Below are positions 22,695 through 34,528 of a DNA stretch of 60,658 bases, piece after piece. The translations under genes and the position numbers were made by a program. Numbering within the stretch: the stretch's first letter is position 1; each line of letters opens with the position of its first letter. The notes under the pieces were generated by a model that had not been told where the DNA came from, did not search any database, and worked only from the letters and a program-made list of their open reading frames with translations. The stretch is from Rozella allomycis CSF55 (Eukaryota), in contig KE561074.1 in assembly GCA_000442015.1 (NCBI GenBank), forward strand, positions 1-60,658, written 5' to 3'.

Positions 22695-24302
22695 TTAAAA
22701 TCCTCGTGAAACTGAATTTGATAATGCAGCATGACGTCCTGCAATTCTTCCAAAGACGACGCATTCAAGTAGTGAATTGCCTGCTAGTCTATTTTTGCCG
22801 TGAACACCACCAGTAACTTCTCCAGCAGCAAATAAACCCTTTATTGGTATTTCTTGAGCCTGATCACTTTCTTTTAATACTTCCGCGGCGGCATTTATAC
22901 GAATGCCTCCCATTGTATAATGAATTGAAGGGGTAACTGCAGCAACATCTACAAATAGTCAGATAATCAATTTTACAAAAAGTTTGCTTCTCTTCCAAAG
23001 AGAAAAGACGAGGAAAAGTTTTCTTTCCAAATTTATCATCTTTTCCGTAATTTAAGATTGTATCTTTTAAGTCTTCTACTTTGCAACCAAAAACGGCGGC
23101 AACTTGTGAAATGTCAGAACAAACTAAAAAGAGTTTCTTTTTAATATAGAACTCCAAGGCTCCTTTTCCAAAATCTTTTGCCATTTTTTCATCAAGAATC
23201 AAATATGCGACTGTCGTTTGGCTCCCTTTTAATCGCGAACAATTAGAAAATATAGATCCAGTGACTTCATCTCTCAATCCAAGTTCATTGCAAAATCTTT
23301 TTCCAAATGAATTAACCAAAATCCCTCCGTGGCCACGTAAAGCTTCCGGAGCTAAAAACTTTTGGTGGTTTTCAGGATCTTCCAAACTTACAAATCCTGT
23401 TGGGTGAACTTGAACCTAAAAAATTAATCAATTTTTCTTTTACTTTATCCATATCAACCAGAGAAACTCCAATTTTTCTGGCAATTTTAACCCCATCGCC
23501 AGTTGCCCATTTCCCATTCGTTGTAGCTAAACTCAAAAGATTTGGCGCAAATTCTTTCAACAAAGAATCATTGTAGCTTTTATCAGCAGAAAATCTATCA
23601 CAAATTTATTAAAAAATTACCCTCCAGTTGTAAGAACGAATGAATCAGCTTCAAATTCCTCCGCCGTACTTTGACTATCAACCGTGACTATTTTGGCTAG
23701 TCTATCATTGTCGACGACCATATCCGTCAACTTTGTATTAACTTTCACAGTCACTTGATCTTTAAGATCATTTTCCACATGTTTTCTAAGAGCGCTTATT
23801 ATATCCCACCCAACAGGCGCCGGTCTCCCATTAACATCAGGCTCGCGGTGTGTACGTTTAACCTTTTTAATTCAACGTTATTAAATTACCGAATGCCCAC
23901 CGCACTGTGAAAGTACCGATAGATTTAAGCCAAAAGATGACAACCATTCAATTGCAGATTTACTTTGACTAGCAAGGACCTTGACAAGAGATTTATCACA
24001 AAAGTCGCCACCAGATCTTTATAATATTGATAATTTAATTACTTTAATGTATCATTTTCGAATTCTTCAATCGAGTCTTTAATTCCAGCATCCATTTGGT
24101 ATTTCGTCTCTGAGCCATTAATACCAGAGGTAGCTTTAGCGGAATTTCCTCCAATTCTAATGATAAATAATGTGAGAAATTACGTGCCCTCTTTTTCTAT
24201 CAAAGTTACCTTTGCACCATTTCTTGCTGCCTCAATCGTACTTGTTAACCCAGCTAGACCGGATCCAATTACCACAACGTGTGCAGCATTTTCCAAAATC
24301 AT
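22695..24302 (-). CDS. Soluble FAD-dependent fumarate reductase (Osm1/Frd1, flavocytochrome c flavin-domain type), multi-intron
   Basis: [64 protein letters not shown] and [26 protein letters not shown]. Confidence 0.93.
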
Positions 24303-24498
24303 ATCTTTTCTTTGAATGGAGTAAAATGAGAATAGATAAAAATACTTGAATAAACGACGGGACAGTATGGTGAAGATGGAAATCTAAGCCATTCATAAAT
24401 ATGACTAACATTTAATAAGCTCCGACATTGATAGAATTTTATTACAGAATTTTTGTGCTTTTGATCTAGAAAAGAGACTTGGTTAAGAAAATAAAAAA

Positions 24499-24572
24499 CG
24501 ATCCTGGCACGACTCGAACGTGCAATCGCCTGATCCGTAGTCAGGCGCCTTATCCAATTTGGCCACAGGACC
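24499..24572 (-). tRNA. tRNA-Arg(ACG)
   Basis: Reverse complement GGTCCTGTGGCCAAATTGGATAAGGCGCCTGACTACGGATCAGGCGATTGCACGTTCGAGTCGTGCCAGGATCG, followed by a T6 Pol III terminator. Confidence 0.95.
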
Positions 24573-24893
24573 TGTTGATAAACGACTTGAAAGGTCACAT
24601 TTATATGTCAGTTCACAATAAACCTTCCTGACCTTGATGCTACAAGTAACAGCCCTATCGGATAAGATGAGCAATAGTGGGAAACAGAAGTTACAGTACT
24701 TGTTCTGTGACCTGTCGGATTCCTTGTTCTATTTCGGACCTAAAAAGACACTGATAGCATTAGCAATAAATAGCAATAGCACAAATAGTTTCTGGATACT
24801 GGATAAATTTTCTCTTCTAACTTTCTAAAAATGATTTGCAATTCTGTTAATTGCGTTAGTCCAATATCAGTATAGTGAAATTTCCGAAGCGCA

Positions 24894-27326
24894 ATGGATT
24901 CCTTTAAGAATGTAGTTTCCAAAGTAATAAAACACAAGATCAAAAATAGGTATCAAATACATTATACCTAAAAGACGAAGACGACGCCGACGAGCTCCAA
25001 AAAATGCAAGCCAAATACACTGGTAAAACGAATGTTAATAAATGTTGATAGAGCTAGCGAAAGCATACAAGAAGCTTCGAATGGAGCGCAGCAAGTTGGA
25101 CGAGATAGTGAAGCAAAACACTCCGCTTCCGGACTACCAATTGGAAGATTTGGAGACGTATTTGAAGGGGATCCATGAGCGCGATAGTTTGACCAAGCAG
25201 GAGATGCAGAAGATTATATTGGAGAATAAGGAGCTGAATACTAGTACGCATGGTAAATTGATGGGTGAGAGTTGAGATGAGATTTGGCTGAGCAAGTGAA
25301 TATTTTGGAGAGGCAGAATGAGGAGCTGTTGCAGAAAATGAATGTAAAGTTGAATGGACAGAATCTGGGTAGAGATTTTGTTGAAAATGGAAATGAGAGT
25401 GGGGATACAGTTGATGAGACATCTAAACTAAAGTTGAAGTTGGAAGAAGAAAGAGTTTCTGTAGAAAAGCTAAGCAAAGTTGTATTGGAGTTGGAGAAGA
25501 GAAATAAAGAGCAAGAAGAAATGTTAAAGGCAAAAGATGATGAATTGAATGGCTTCAAAGAAACGCTTTCAAAAATAGAACAAGAGAAAAATTCAAAAGA
25601 AAAAGAAATGCAAGAATTGATTGATGAAAACGAAAGTAAAATAAAATACCTTGAATCAGAATTGAATGAAACTAGAGAAAAGAATTTGAATTTATTAAAT
25701 TTGGAAAAAGAAAAATGTGAACATTTGGAGAGATTGATAAAAGAGAGAGAATTGGAGATTGAAGAATTGAATAAAAAGAATTTTGGATCTATGGCAGATC
25801 TACAAGCCACTCCAAAGCCCGGGAGAGAAAAAGGCAAAGGGAAATTGAAAAAGATGATTGAAGAGAAAGATCAACAAATTGCTGAATTGATTGAAAAGAT
25901 TTCAAAATTTGAAACAGAAAACAAGAATGATTCAAATGAAGAATTTAAAGAGATGGCAGAGAAATCAAGAAGTTTAGAAAATCAATTGCAGAAAGTTACA
26001 AAAGAATCAATTGAAAGAATAGCACAGTTGAATGATTCATTAAATCAAATAAAGACGTTAGAAGCATTATTAAAGGAAAAGGAAGAAGAGATTGAAACGA
26101 TTAAATTGAACAATTCAAATGAACTTTCAGACATGGAAAAAGTTTATTTGAAAGAAAAGAATAATTTTAATCAAATAATAAATGATTTAGAAAGACAAAT
26201 AAAAGATAAAGAACTTTTAATTGAATCTTCAAATTCTTCTTTAGAATCCTTAAAAGTTAAATACGATGAAGTAATCAAAAGGCTAAGAGAAGCCAAAGTT
26301 GCTATTAAAAATTTAGAAGATGAAAAGAAAAAATTAACTGAAATAAATTTATCAGAAAAAAACAAATATTCTTCTTTTGATGAAGAATTTAATAAATTAA
26401 AAAAGGAATGTTTAGAAAATGAAGAAAAATTAAAGAATAGAATTCTGGAAATTTCTCAATTAGAGAAAACGATTTCAGAGAGAAATTTAGAAACAAATAA
26501 ATTGATTGAAGAAAATATTAAACTTAAAAAAGAAAAAGAAGAAACTAAAATACAAATTGAAAAGAAAACTGACGACTTTAATAGATTTTCAATTCAGTTT
26601 GATAAACAAAGTCAAGAGATTATTAAACTGCAAGATCAACTACAAAACATTCACATTGAAAATAATGAATTAAAAATAAAAATTGAAGATGAAAAACTCT
26701 TCCATCTCAGTAAAAATGCTGAATTAATAAATGAAAATGAATTTAAATTGAAAGAATTAAATGATCGCCTAAAATCTAAAGAAAAAGAATTTGAATCTTT
26801 TGATAAAGAAATTAAAAATCTAAATCAAGAAAATTCAGAATTAAAATCTCAATTAAAAGAATTAAAAGAAAGAAATTCAAGCGCTGAACGAAATCTTCAA
26901 AAGTTAATCAAAGAACAAGTAAAATTTATTCAAACTCTTCAAAGGAATCTGAAATTGAAATCAAAACAAAATATCTAAAAGAAAAAATTGAATCTCTAAA
27001 TAAAACCCTGGTAGATCAAATTGAAAATGAAAAAATTAAAGAAGAAAATTTTCGCTCTTTAAATAAAGTAAAATAAAATCTTTAATTTAAAAAGACTTTG
27101 CAGGATGAAGTTAGAAAACTTGAAAGGCAACTAGAAAAGAATCAAAATTTGCAAGTCAAAGTAGATGAGAATACAAATATTGATTACATGAAATCGGTTT
27201 TTCTTTCTTACATTAAAAACAAAGATCAACGAGTAAACATTTATTTCATTTCTCAAATAGAAACATTTAATACCGGTCCTTTCTACTCTATTAAACGTCT
27301 CTTCAAGTGACTTGACAATAAAATAA
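24894..27326 (+). CDS. GRIP-domain golgin (Imh1-like), long coiled coil, multi-intron
   Basis: N-terminal LAKAYKKL...VKQNTPL, about 600 aa of E/K-rich heptads, and C-terminal NIDYMKSVFLSYI...R|KHLIPVLSTLL (GRIP with conserved Tyr). Confidence 0.8.
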
Positions 27327-27635
27327 AGTATTTAATATTAAATTTTATCTTAATGTCTTTCTTCCGTTGTAACAACTTCTAATGTTTCGGCCTTCATATT
27401 CATCCAAAGACCCAAGGGGCTCCGGCTGAATCCTGTGAGAATCTCTGAAAGCTTAGGTTCGCCCATTTGATATGAAAAGTTTAGATTGTTAAATGTTCAT
27501 TGCTATATGGAAAAAGAAAGACGAGATAGGAATTTCATTTTAAGAGGCTGCTAAACATCAAGTGTGACTGGTTTACAAAATATTCATCACATCTTTTAGT
27601 TTTAAACTAAAAAAAATCATGACAGTGATAAAAAA

Positions 27636-27717
27636 TAGTGAGAGTGGGGTTCGAACCCACGCCTCCGAAGAGATAAGGACTTGAGCCATACGCCTTAGAC
27701 CGCTCGGCCATCTCACC
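27636..27717 (-). tRNA. tRNA-Leu(CAA), long variable arm, no intron
   Basis: Reverse complement GGTGAGATGGCCGAGCGGTCTAAGGCGTATGGCTCAAGTCCTTATCTCTTCGGAGGCGTGGGTTCGAACCCCACTCTCACTA, followed by a T-run; one T-T mismatch in the anticodon stem. Confidence 0.9.
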
Positions 27718-28180
27718 ATGTACAACATCAAAGCGTGAAACCTTTTGACAGCTTCAACTCTTGCATTCCTTGATTTCACAGGGAACAAGTCTCACAATTA
27801 TTAAGTAAACATATACTTTTGTAGCTTATCCAACCCACCACACGAATGGAATCTTTAGTTGACCTCTCAACAGCGAGTGAAATACCGCAAGAAACATTTG
27901 CAGCAAGACAGCAGATTCCCTTGAGTATTCCTTTGTCATTTGTGAAGGTTGGAGGTCAATGTCATTTAGCTCCTGCTCTAAAAGAAGCAATCATCATCGG
28001 ACCGAAAGTCACTCGTTACACCACGAATTAATTTCGTTAGCATTTACCCCTTTTTCTGAATTGTTTGCAGAAGTTTTAATTGTGTTCATGACGTAAGTTT
28101 TTGATGTGAAAATAACGATATTTCATATTGGGTTATTTCGAAAATGGAAATTTTAGTATAGAAATATCTTTATTTATATT

Positions 28181-30491
28181 TTAAATAGTAGAAACTATTT
28201 CTTCTGCTTTCTGCAAGGCTTCAATCATCTTTTTGCATTCCTTTCTCCTTTCAATAGTTTCATCAGATTCTTTGAGCAATTCCATCACTTTTTCTGTGTT
28301 GTATAAATCGGCCAACAATTGCTTTTGTAGCTCATCCCTGCTAAAGTACACCAAATTGAGCATAGTAGCCTTTGGTACCATATCAATGATGGTTCTCTTT
28401 ACAATGTTATAGTAGGATGTCAACAACAATTCTATAAAAAATAAGAGAAGTAAATTACTTATAACTTCAATTTCGATTAATTCTCTTTCAGAGATTGACC
28501 CTGTCGCCTTTAGCACTTGAGGTGGTTGTTCTAAAACACCTGGCTTTCTAGTAGGCTTCTTTGAAAAGAAACTTCCAAAGAAACTAGTTTCTTCTTGAGT
28601 TGATGAAACAGGATTAACAGTTGGTACAGATGTCTTTAAGTTTGACCCACTTGAATGAACATTAGGCTCTGATTTTATCAACCCAAGCTTTTCATTTATT
28701 ATTGCCATGGCCTACAAAATGTTTCTCTGAATGAATTACTTTATGTCCATTTATAAAATCTGGGTGGCCAGTGTTTATGTAGCAAGATTCAGCCGCTACT
28801 AATTGTGACACTAATTTATTGGTAGGATCNACTAATTGTGAGACTAATTTATTGGTAGGATCCAATCCTTTTCTATATAATCCAATAACTGAGGAATAAA
28901 ATTTTTCTTTTAATTCAGGAAATCTTTTAAAGATCTATTTAACAAATTTCAGAAATAGATCTACTGGTTTTCCTAAAACTTGGTTCAACATTCTAACTAA
29001 TTCTTCAAAAATCATTGAGACGCATTTTAATGAAGGATCTTCTAACCTTTTTATTTGTTGTTTTATTAACAATTCAAAAGCTGAAGTGGCCACGAATAGG
29101 GCAGGTGATGAACCCTTGCAATAATGAAACAACTTTAGTTTACAGAAGAATTATAAAGCAAAGTTCTAATGTCAACTTCTTTAATTTGATCAAATGGATC
29201 CATCACAGCTACAGCTTGAGCAAATATTTCATGAAAAACAAATGCGATTCTCGCTCCTCCGTTAAGTTCGTTTGTAGCCAAATCAGCAGTGTTCCCTTGC
29301 AACAAATTTTGATATTCCGTGCAAAATTCTGTAATAATTCCCAACAAAATATTCTTATGTAATAAATTTTGTCAATTTACATTTGGAGAATCTTCAGTTA
29401 TTGCGTCCCCTAGAGTTGCAAGTTCTTGTTGGTATTTTAATAAAGTGGCTGATATTTTAGCTTTAATTTCTGGTAAGGTATTTCGAATATGATGCATTAA
29501 AATCATATTAAGTTTTCTAGCTAGAAATGGAGTCCCACAATATTGGGCTTTGGATGAATAGGCTGGGTGTCCTTCGAAAAATTGCTTCTCGTGTTCTAGT
29601 GCATGAGAAATACTCTTTTTTGAATCAATGTCCTTTTGTCCTCTATTTACAACTGGGACATATCCAAGTCTTAATGGTATCACTCGCCCAGCTAAAATAT
29701 CAACAACATCAGTGCCTGGATCCATTAAATCTACTTTAGTCAACACTCCAATAGTTCTTAAACCTATTATTATCAATCAATTATAATACCATCTGGATCG
29801 ACTTCTCTTGCCAACTTCAATCCGTCAGAATTGGCTAGATCAGTGTTAGCTGCAGTCACCGCCAAAATTATTGCATTTGGCTTTGTAATAAATTTCAATA
29901 TCATGTCTCTAATCTGTCTTTCTATATCCTTTGGTTGATCACCAACCGGGACCTAGTCTACAAACACTCAATCACAAACCTTTGTCAAACCAGGCAAGTC
30001 AACCAACGTAAGTGTGAGTACATTTGGTGAAAATACTCTCAAATTAATTGGTATTGGCGATACCCCTATTTTAACGCAATCAATTTTTCACCTTTGGTGC
30101 CACCAGTCTTCAAATCAGTATCAGAAACAATTTCCTCTCTTATTTTCTCAAAATCAGTAAACTTCACTCCAGGCTTATGCAAAAACTCTCCCCATTCTTC
30201 CGCTTCTCCCTCAGTTACGGGGCGATTAATAAGCTGCAACACCTACATTTTCTCTCTTTTCATTCACATACTAGTGGTCTGCGTGTAACAATGCCACTTC
30301 CTCGAGGAAGAAAATCCCGTCCAACAATATTCTCTAAAACTGAACTTTTTCCACTGCTTTGACTACACTATTGACGAATATATCAAGTACCTGCCTATCA
30401 CAGTTATTTGAGGCAAATCGATAGGATTTCCTACACCTAATGTCGCAAAAACATCTTGCAATTTGTTAACTGTGCGAATGAGTGATTCCAT
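28181..30491 (-). CDS. VPS1: Dynamin-related GTPase Vps1, multi-intron
   Basis: [86 protein letters not shown] insert and GED. Artefactual 33-nt duplication at the n at 28831. Confidence 0.95.
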
Positions 30492-30667
30492 TTCGTATCC
30501 AAGCCACAAGTGACCTGATTTAAGTTTAGAACAAAGTAGATGTGACAGTTTTACTTCCGGTTTTACGTTAAAAGACAAAGAAAGCTTTTACATAGCTTAA
30601 AATACAATATGGCATTTTTGCATTTTTCAGTTGATTTATACTTGACCTTTGTTTTGAAAACACCAAA

Positions 30668-31070
30668 ATGTTCAAAAAAATATTAAGCTCTCTACTCATT
30701 TTACTAATTTTAATTCCCCCATCGCACACCATACAAAAATACTGCAAATGCAGTTGCAAAAAGGCTTACAACATTACTTTAATCAATGCCTGCAACATGT
30801 GCTCTAAAACGTATTGCAAGAACACAATTGGAAATTGCACATTAAGTGACTCTATCCAAACTAATAGTTGGGCAACATCTTGTTTCGGTAATGGTTACTT
30901 ATTTTGGTACCATAGAGCGTGATTCAAACAAAGATCGTGTTATAATCCCATTGTTCATATTCGTATCTGCAGTTTTATTCGTTCTGGCCTTGCTGAAACC
31001 ATATTGGCCGTACTTGCAAGAAGCCGTTGAAAGAAGATTTCCTCGAGCATACGAACTTATTAAAGATTAA
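30668..31070 (+). CDS. Small Cys-rich signal-peptide plus single-TM protein of a conserved fungal type (1 intron)
   Basis: Signal peptide, YCKCSC...CNMCSKTYC...C...TSCF|ERDSNKD, then a TM segment (VIIPLFIFVSAVLFVLALL). Confidence 0.7.
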
Positions 31071-31179
31071 TAACATGATTTGAAAACAATTGAGATTTAT
31101 TATTATTGATTGGATTTCCGTATTTGGTCTGCTAATTTTCTTGAAAATTCCATCGTAATTAGATAGTGGCTTAGAAAAC

Positions 31180-32337
31180 ATGGTGAAAAACTTTTTGCTT
31201 GTAGCAGCTTTTGCAACTTTCTTGTCTAATACTACTTCAAATCCTTTACAGGATAAAGAAAACTCAAATTGGGCGTGCATTCCTAGCGGGTTACACTCTT
31301 TTGGACAAGCTTGCTCTCGTATGTTGAAAGACCCCAAACCTTTGGTTGATAATGTAAAGTCTGCTTTCAGTGATATTTTTGAAAGCAACGAAAGTGTTGA
31401 AGAAGATGAAGTATTAGAAGAAACTGTTGAAGAAGATAAAAAATCGGTAAAAACCATTGAAGCTGACGTAAACACCGATGCAGTCGCAGCAACCGCAGAG
31501 CCGGAAAAAGATTACGAGGATAGCCTTTGCTCATTTATTGAGGCCAAATTTTGCAATTTCAAAAATTCTCTTGCTGAAAAATGCAAGAAATGTTTAAGAC
31601 TTGATCGCTTGCAATCGTTATTCAGTGATGAACATAATGTAGAAGAAACTGAAAACTTCGATACACCATCAAACAAAAATTTTATTGAGGCATTGAAAGG
31701 GGAAATCGAAGAATATAATAATGAATCTGGAGATGAATTTTCTTACATTGAACTTTTTACACGTTTGGTTCCACATTTTGACAGATTATCTAATGGCAAG
31801 CTTCTTAAAGCTTACAATTACGTCCGAAAACTTGTTTTAAGTGGATTAATTTCAACTGAAGAAAAATATGATATTTGCCAGATAGATTTGGTTCCAGAAG
31901 ATGAATTTATTTCATTGCGTGAAGAATTGTGCTCAAATCCATGGGATAATGCTGAAGTAGCAGATGATAATGTTAATTGGGAAGATATTGAGGTGTTTGA
32001 GCTTCCTGAAATGCATGCTGTAAGTGACAATGAAACGATTGCGCCGATCAACGAAAGTGAAAAAATGAATTTAAGTGCTGAAAAGCAAGCTCAAACTGTA
32101 GCCCAATCAGAAGAAAAGAACGTTGCAGAATTATCCGTTGAAGAATCAAGACTATTGTCAAGAACTGAAAAAAGAAGTAAAAAAACTCTCTCTAAAAAGG
32201 ATTCAAAAAGATCAAGAACAAAATATTCAAACTCTAAGAGAAGAAGAGGACGTGGACGTTCAAGAAAAACTAGATCTTCACGCAGAAGATCGAGAACCGT
32301 GCCAATGTCAAGACTTGATGCGATTACTGAAATTTAA
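31180..32337 (+). CDS. Secreted acidic hypothetical protein with Arg/Ser-rich basic C-terminus, intronless
   Basis: 385-aa ORF with N-terminal signal peptide (MVKNFLLVAAFATFLS), E/D-rich body and tail KRRRGRGRSRKTRSSRRRSR. Confidence 0.75.
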   Translation: MVKNFLLVAAFATFLSNTTSNPLQDKENSNWACIPSGLHSFGQACSRMLKDPKPLVDNVKSAFSDIFESNESVEEDEVLEETVEEDKKSVKTIEADVNTDAVAATAEPEKDYEDSLCSFIEAKFCNFKNSLAEKCKKCLRLDRLQSLFSDEHNVEETENFDTPSNKNFIEALKGEIEEYNNESGDEFSYIELFTRLVPHFDRLSNGKLLKAYNYVRKLVLSGLISTEEKYDICQIDLVPEDEFISLREELCSNPWDNAEVADDNVNWEDIEVFELPEMHAVSDNETIAPINESEKMNLSAEKQAQTVAQSEEKNVAELSVEESRLLSRTEKRSKKTLSKKDSKRSRTKYSNSKRRRGRGRSRKTRSSRRRSRTVPMSRLDAITEI

Positions 32338-32357
32338 ATAAACATTCTAGTGATTAT

Positions 32358-33035
32358 TCATATTTTATTAAAGGCCAAATTCCCTCTGATTGTTCTCTTT
32401 GTATGAGTACCATGACTTCCAATAATTTTTGGAAGTCTTCCTTGCAATTCCGCTTCAACAATAGTATCTTGAACCACCTTGTGTTGATCAAATGAAAAAT
32501 CAAGAGTTTGTCCTTCTGCCTTTAAGTATGAACCTTCATCTTCTTGTATTAGATCAAAGAGCCTCTTCAATTCTTCTTCATTGTCCTGCTTTGTCTTAAC
32601 TTGATCTAATTCATTAAATAACCATTTTATGGCCAATTTCGTAGACTCCTCTCTTGACAAATTTTCATTGGCTTCAATTTCAAGCGCCTTATCGATCGCC
32701 CTAATTTAGAGAATGTTAAATCCTTACTTTTCTATCCATTCTTTACGATAATCAAATTGGTCTTCGTAAAGAACAACAGGTGACTGCAGAACCCATCGAT
32801 GTTCGCTTTTAGAAACGGCGTTTTTGATGTTTTCTCTTAATGTATCTTCTGGGAATGTCACTCGCTTCAGTTTTTCTGCTCTTTCCTGATTAGACATTTC
32901 AATTGGTGGGACTTTAGTCATAATGTCAATCATAAACGGAGCAGGCATACTCACTCTTCTAGCAATTCGATAAAGACGAGCGGCTTTTCTGACAAAGGAA
33001 TGAGTGGATGATGAATTCAACAATTTCGATGTCAT
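32358..33035 (-). CDS. Probable mitochondrial small-subunit ribosomal protein mS23 (Rsm25-like), 1 intron
   Basis: PFMIDIMTKVPP...KRVTFPEDTLRE...HRWVLQSPVVLYED resembles the Rsm25 PxW..PP / I.Y.ED.LR / HPWE..RP..L.E pattern; divergent. Confidence 0.55.
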
Positions 33036-33402
33036 AAAATTCAATTAAGATTTTCTGAAAATATCAAAATAGAAAATTAGAAGTCCTTTGGCAAAAATTA
33101 TTGATATTCTGGTAATCAGGTTAAAGAGTTATGTTCATTAGTCAAGACAAGCATATTTCTGTTTTTGGTGGTCAAAATGCTGATAAATTGATTATATTTC
33201 AATTTCATAATTCATTTAGGCTAAAGATAAAAGTTTCTAGACATACTGACCACCCGTTTCCCGTAAAAATCCTGGTGATTTTTTCTGGTAATTTCCAAAA
33301 NCTGACAGTGCTTTATTCAGTTTTCAGAAATTAGAAACCAATGAAATTTCAGAAATCGACCAAATAAATTCAAGTCGCGCCACCTTACCCCTGTAGAAAA
33401 AA

Positions 33403-34528
33403 ATGACTGGAGCGTAAGTATTTGCAAAGATAGTTTGTTTTCCAGTCTCATCACTTTTAAAGTGGATTTGTCAGTGAAATGTTGATACATTCCTCTGATT
33501 AAAAATATGCCGATTATTTATTTTTTACAAATACAATAATCGAATCTCACTCAACGTGAGGATTTGTCCTTGAAGTATTAATTTACTCCTTGGATTAAAA
33601 ACATTGACATTTTTACTCTTTAAGTTTATTTGAGAACAAATCTAACCTTAGTGTTCCTAAACTTACCGTCCCTGAAAACATTCTCAAAAAGAGAAAAATG
33701 GTTGAAAAGGTTCGCGCTGAAAAAGTTGCTGCCCAAATCGCTCAAAGAAAGGCCAACAAGGAGAAGCGCCGTGTCATTTTCAAGAGAGCTGAATCTTATG
33801 TCAATGAATATCGCAAAATGGAACGCGAACAAATTCGTTTGAAGCGTGTTGCTAAATCTGCTGGAAACTTTTATGTTCCAGAAGAACCAAAGTTGGCTTT
33901 TGTTGTTCGTATTAGAGGGTAAGTATCTTTCATATTTTTCTTTACATTCCAAAGATGATGATACAAATTTTGTGTGACGAAGTCATTGATGAAGTCCACA
34001 GTCAACCATCTTTCGGGGCTGAAACTATTTATTTTTACTATGTTTGTATGAACATTTCTAATCTTTAGTATTAACAACATCCCACCAAAGCCAAGAAAGA
34101 TTATGCAATTGTTGCGTCTTCGTCAAATCAACAATGGAGTCTTCGTTCGCCTTACCAAGCCAACCATTGAAATGCTTCGTTTAATCGAGCCATATGTTGC
34201 TTACGGTTATCCAAACCTCAAGTCTGTTCGTGAATTGTTGTACAAGCGTGGATTCGGAAAAATTAATGGTCAAAGAATCGCATTGAGTGACAACGCTGTC
34301 ATTGAACAATCTCTTGGAAAGCTCGGAATCATCTGTATGGAAGATTTGATTCACGAAATCTTCACTGTTGGACCAAACTTCAAACAAGCCAACAACTTTA
34401 TCTGGCCATTCCAACTTAACTCTCCAAACGGTGGATTCCACAAGAGGAAACTCCTTCACTTCATTGAAGGAGGGGACACTGGTAACCGTGAAGATAAGAT
34501 CAATGGATTGATCCGTCAAATGAACTAA
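33403..34528 (+). CDS. RPL7: 60S ribosomal protein uL30 (L7); two unusually long introns (33414-33651, 33919-34068)
   Basis: [17 protein letters not shown]...[43 protein letters not shown]...[21 protein letters not shown] donors; CTAAC/CTAAT branch-like motifs near the acceptors. Confidence 0.97.
33950..34025 (+). ncRNA. Intronic C/D box snoRNA of the snR39/snR39b/snR59 family (LSU rRNA 2'-O-methylation guide)
   Basis: Box C ATGATGA (33955-61), internal TGATGA, box D CTGA (34019-22). The guide ACCATCTTTCGGG is complementary to the conserved LSU sequence CCCGAAAGAUGGU. Confidence 0.9.

Noticed and set aside
28797-28863. 33-nt tandem repeat breaking the VPS1 frame
   Set aside because: Flanks the n at 28831 in an otherwise intact conserved gene; artefact, not a pseudogene.
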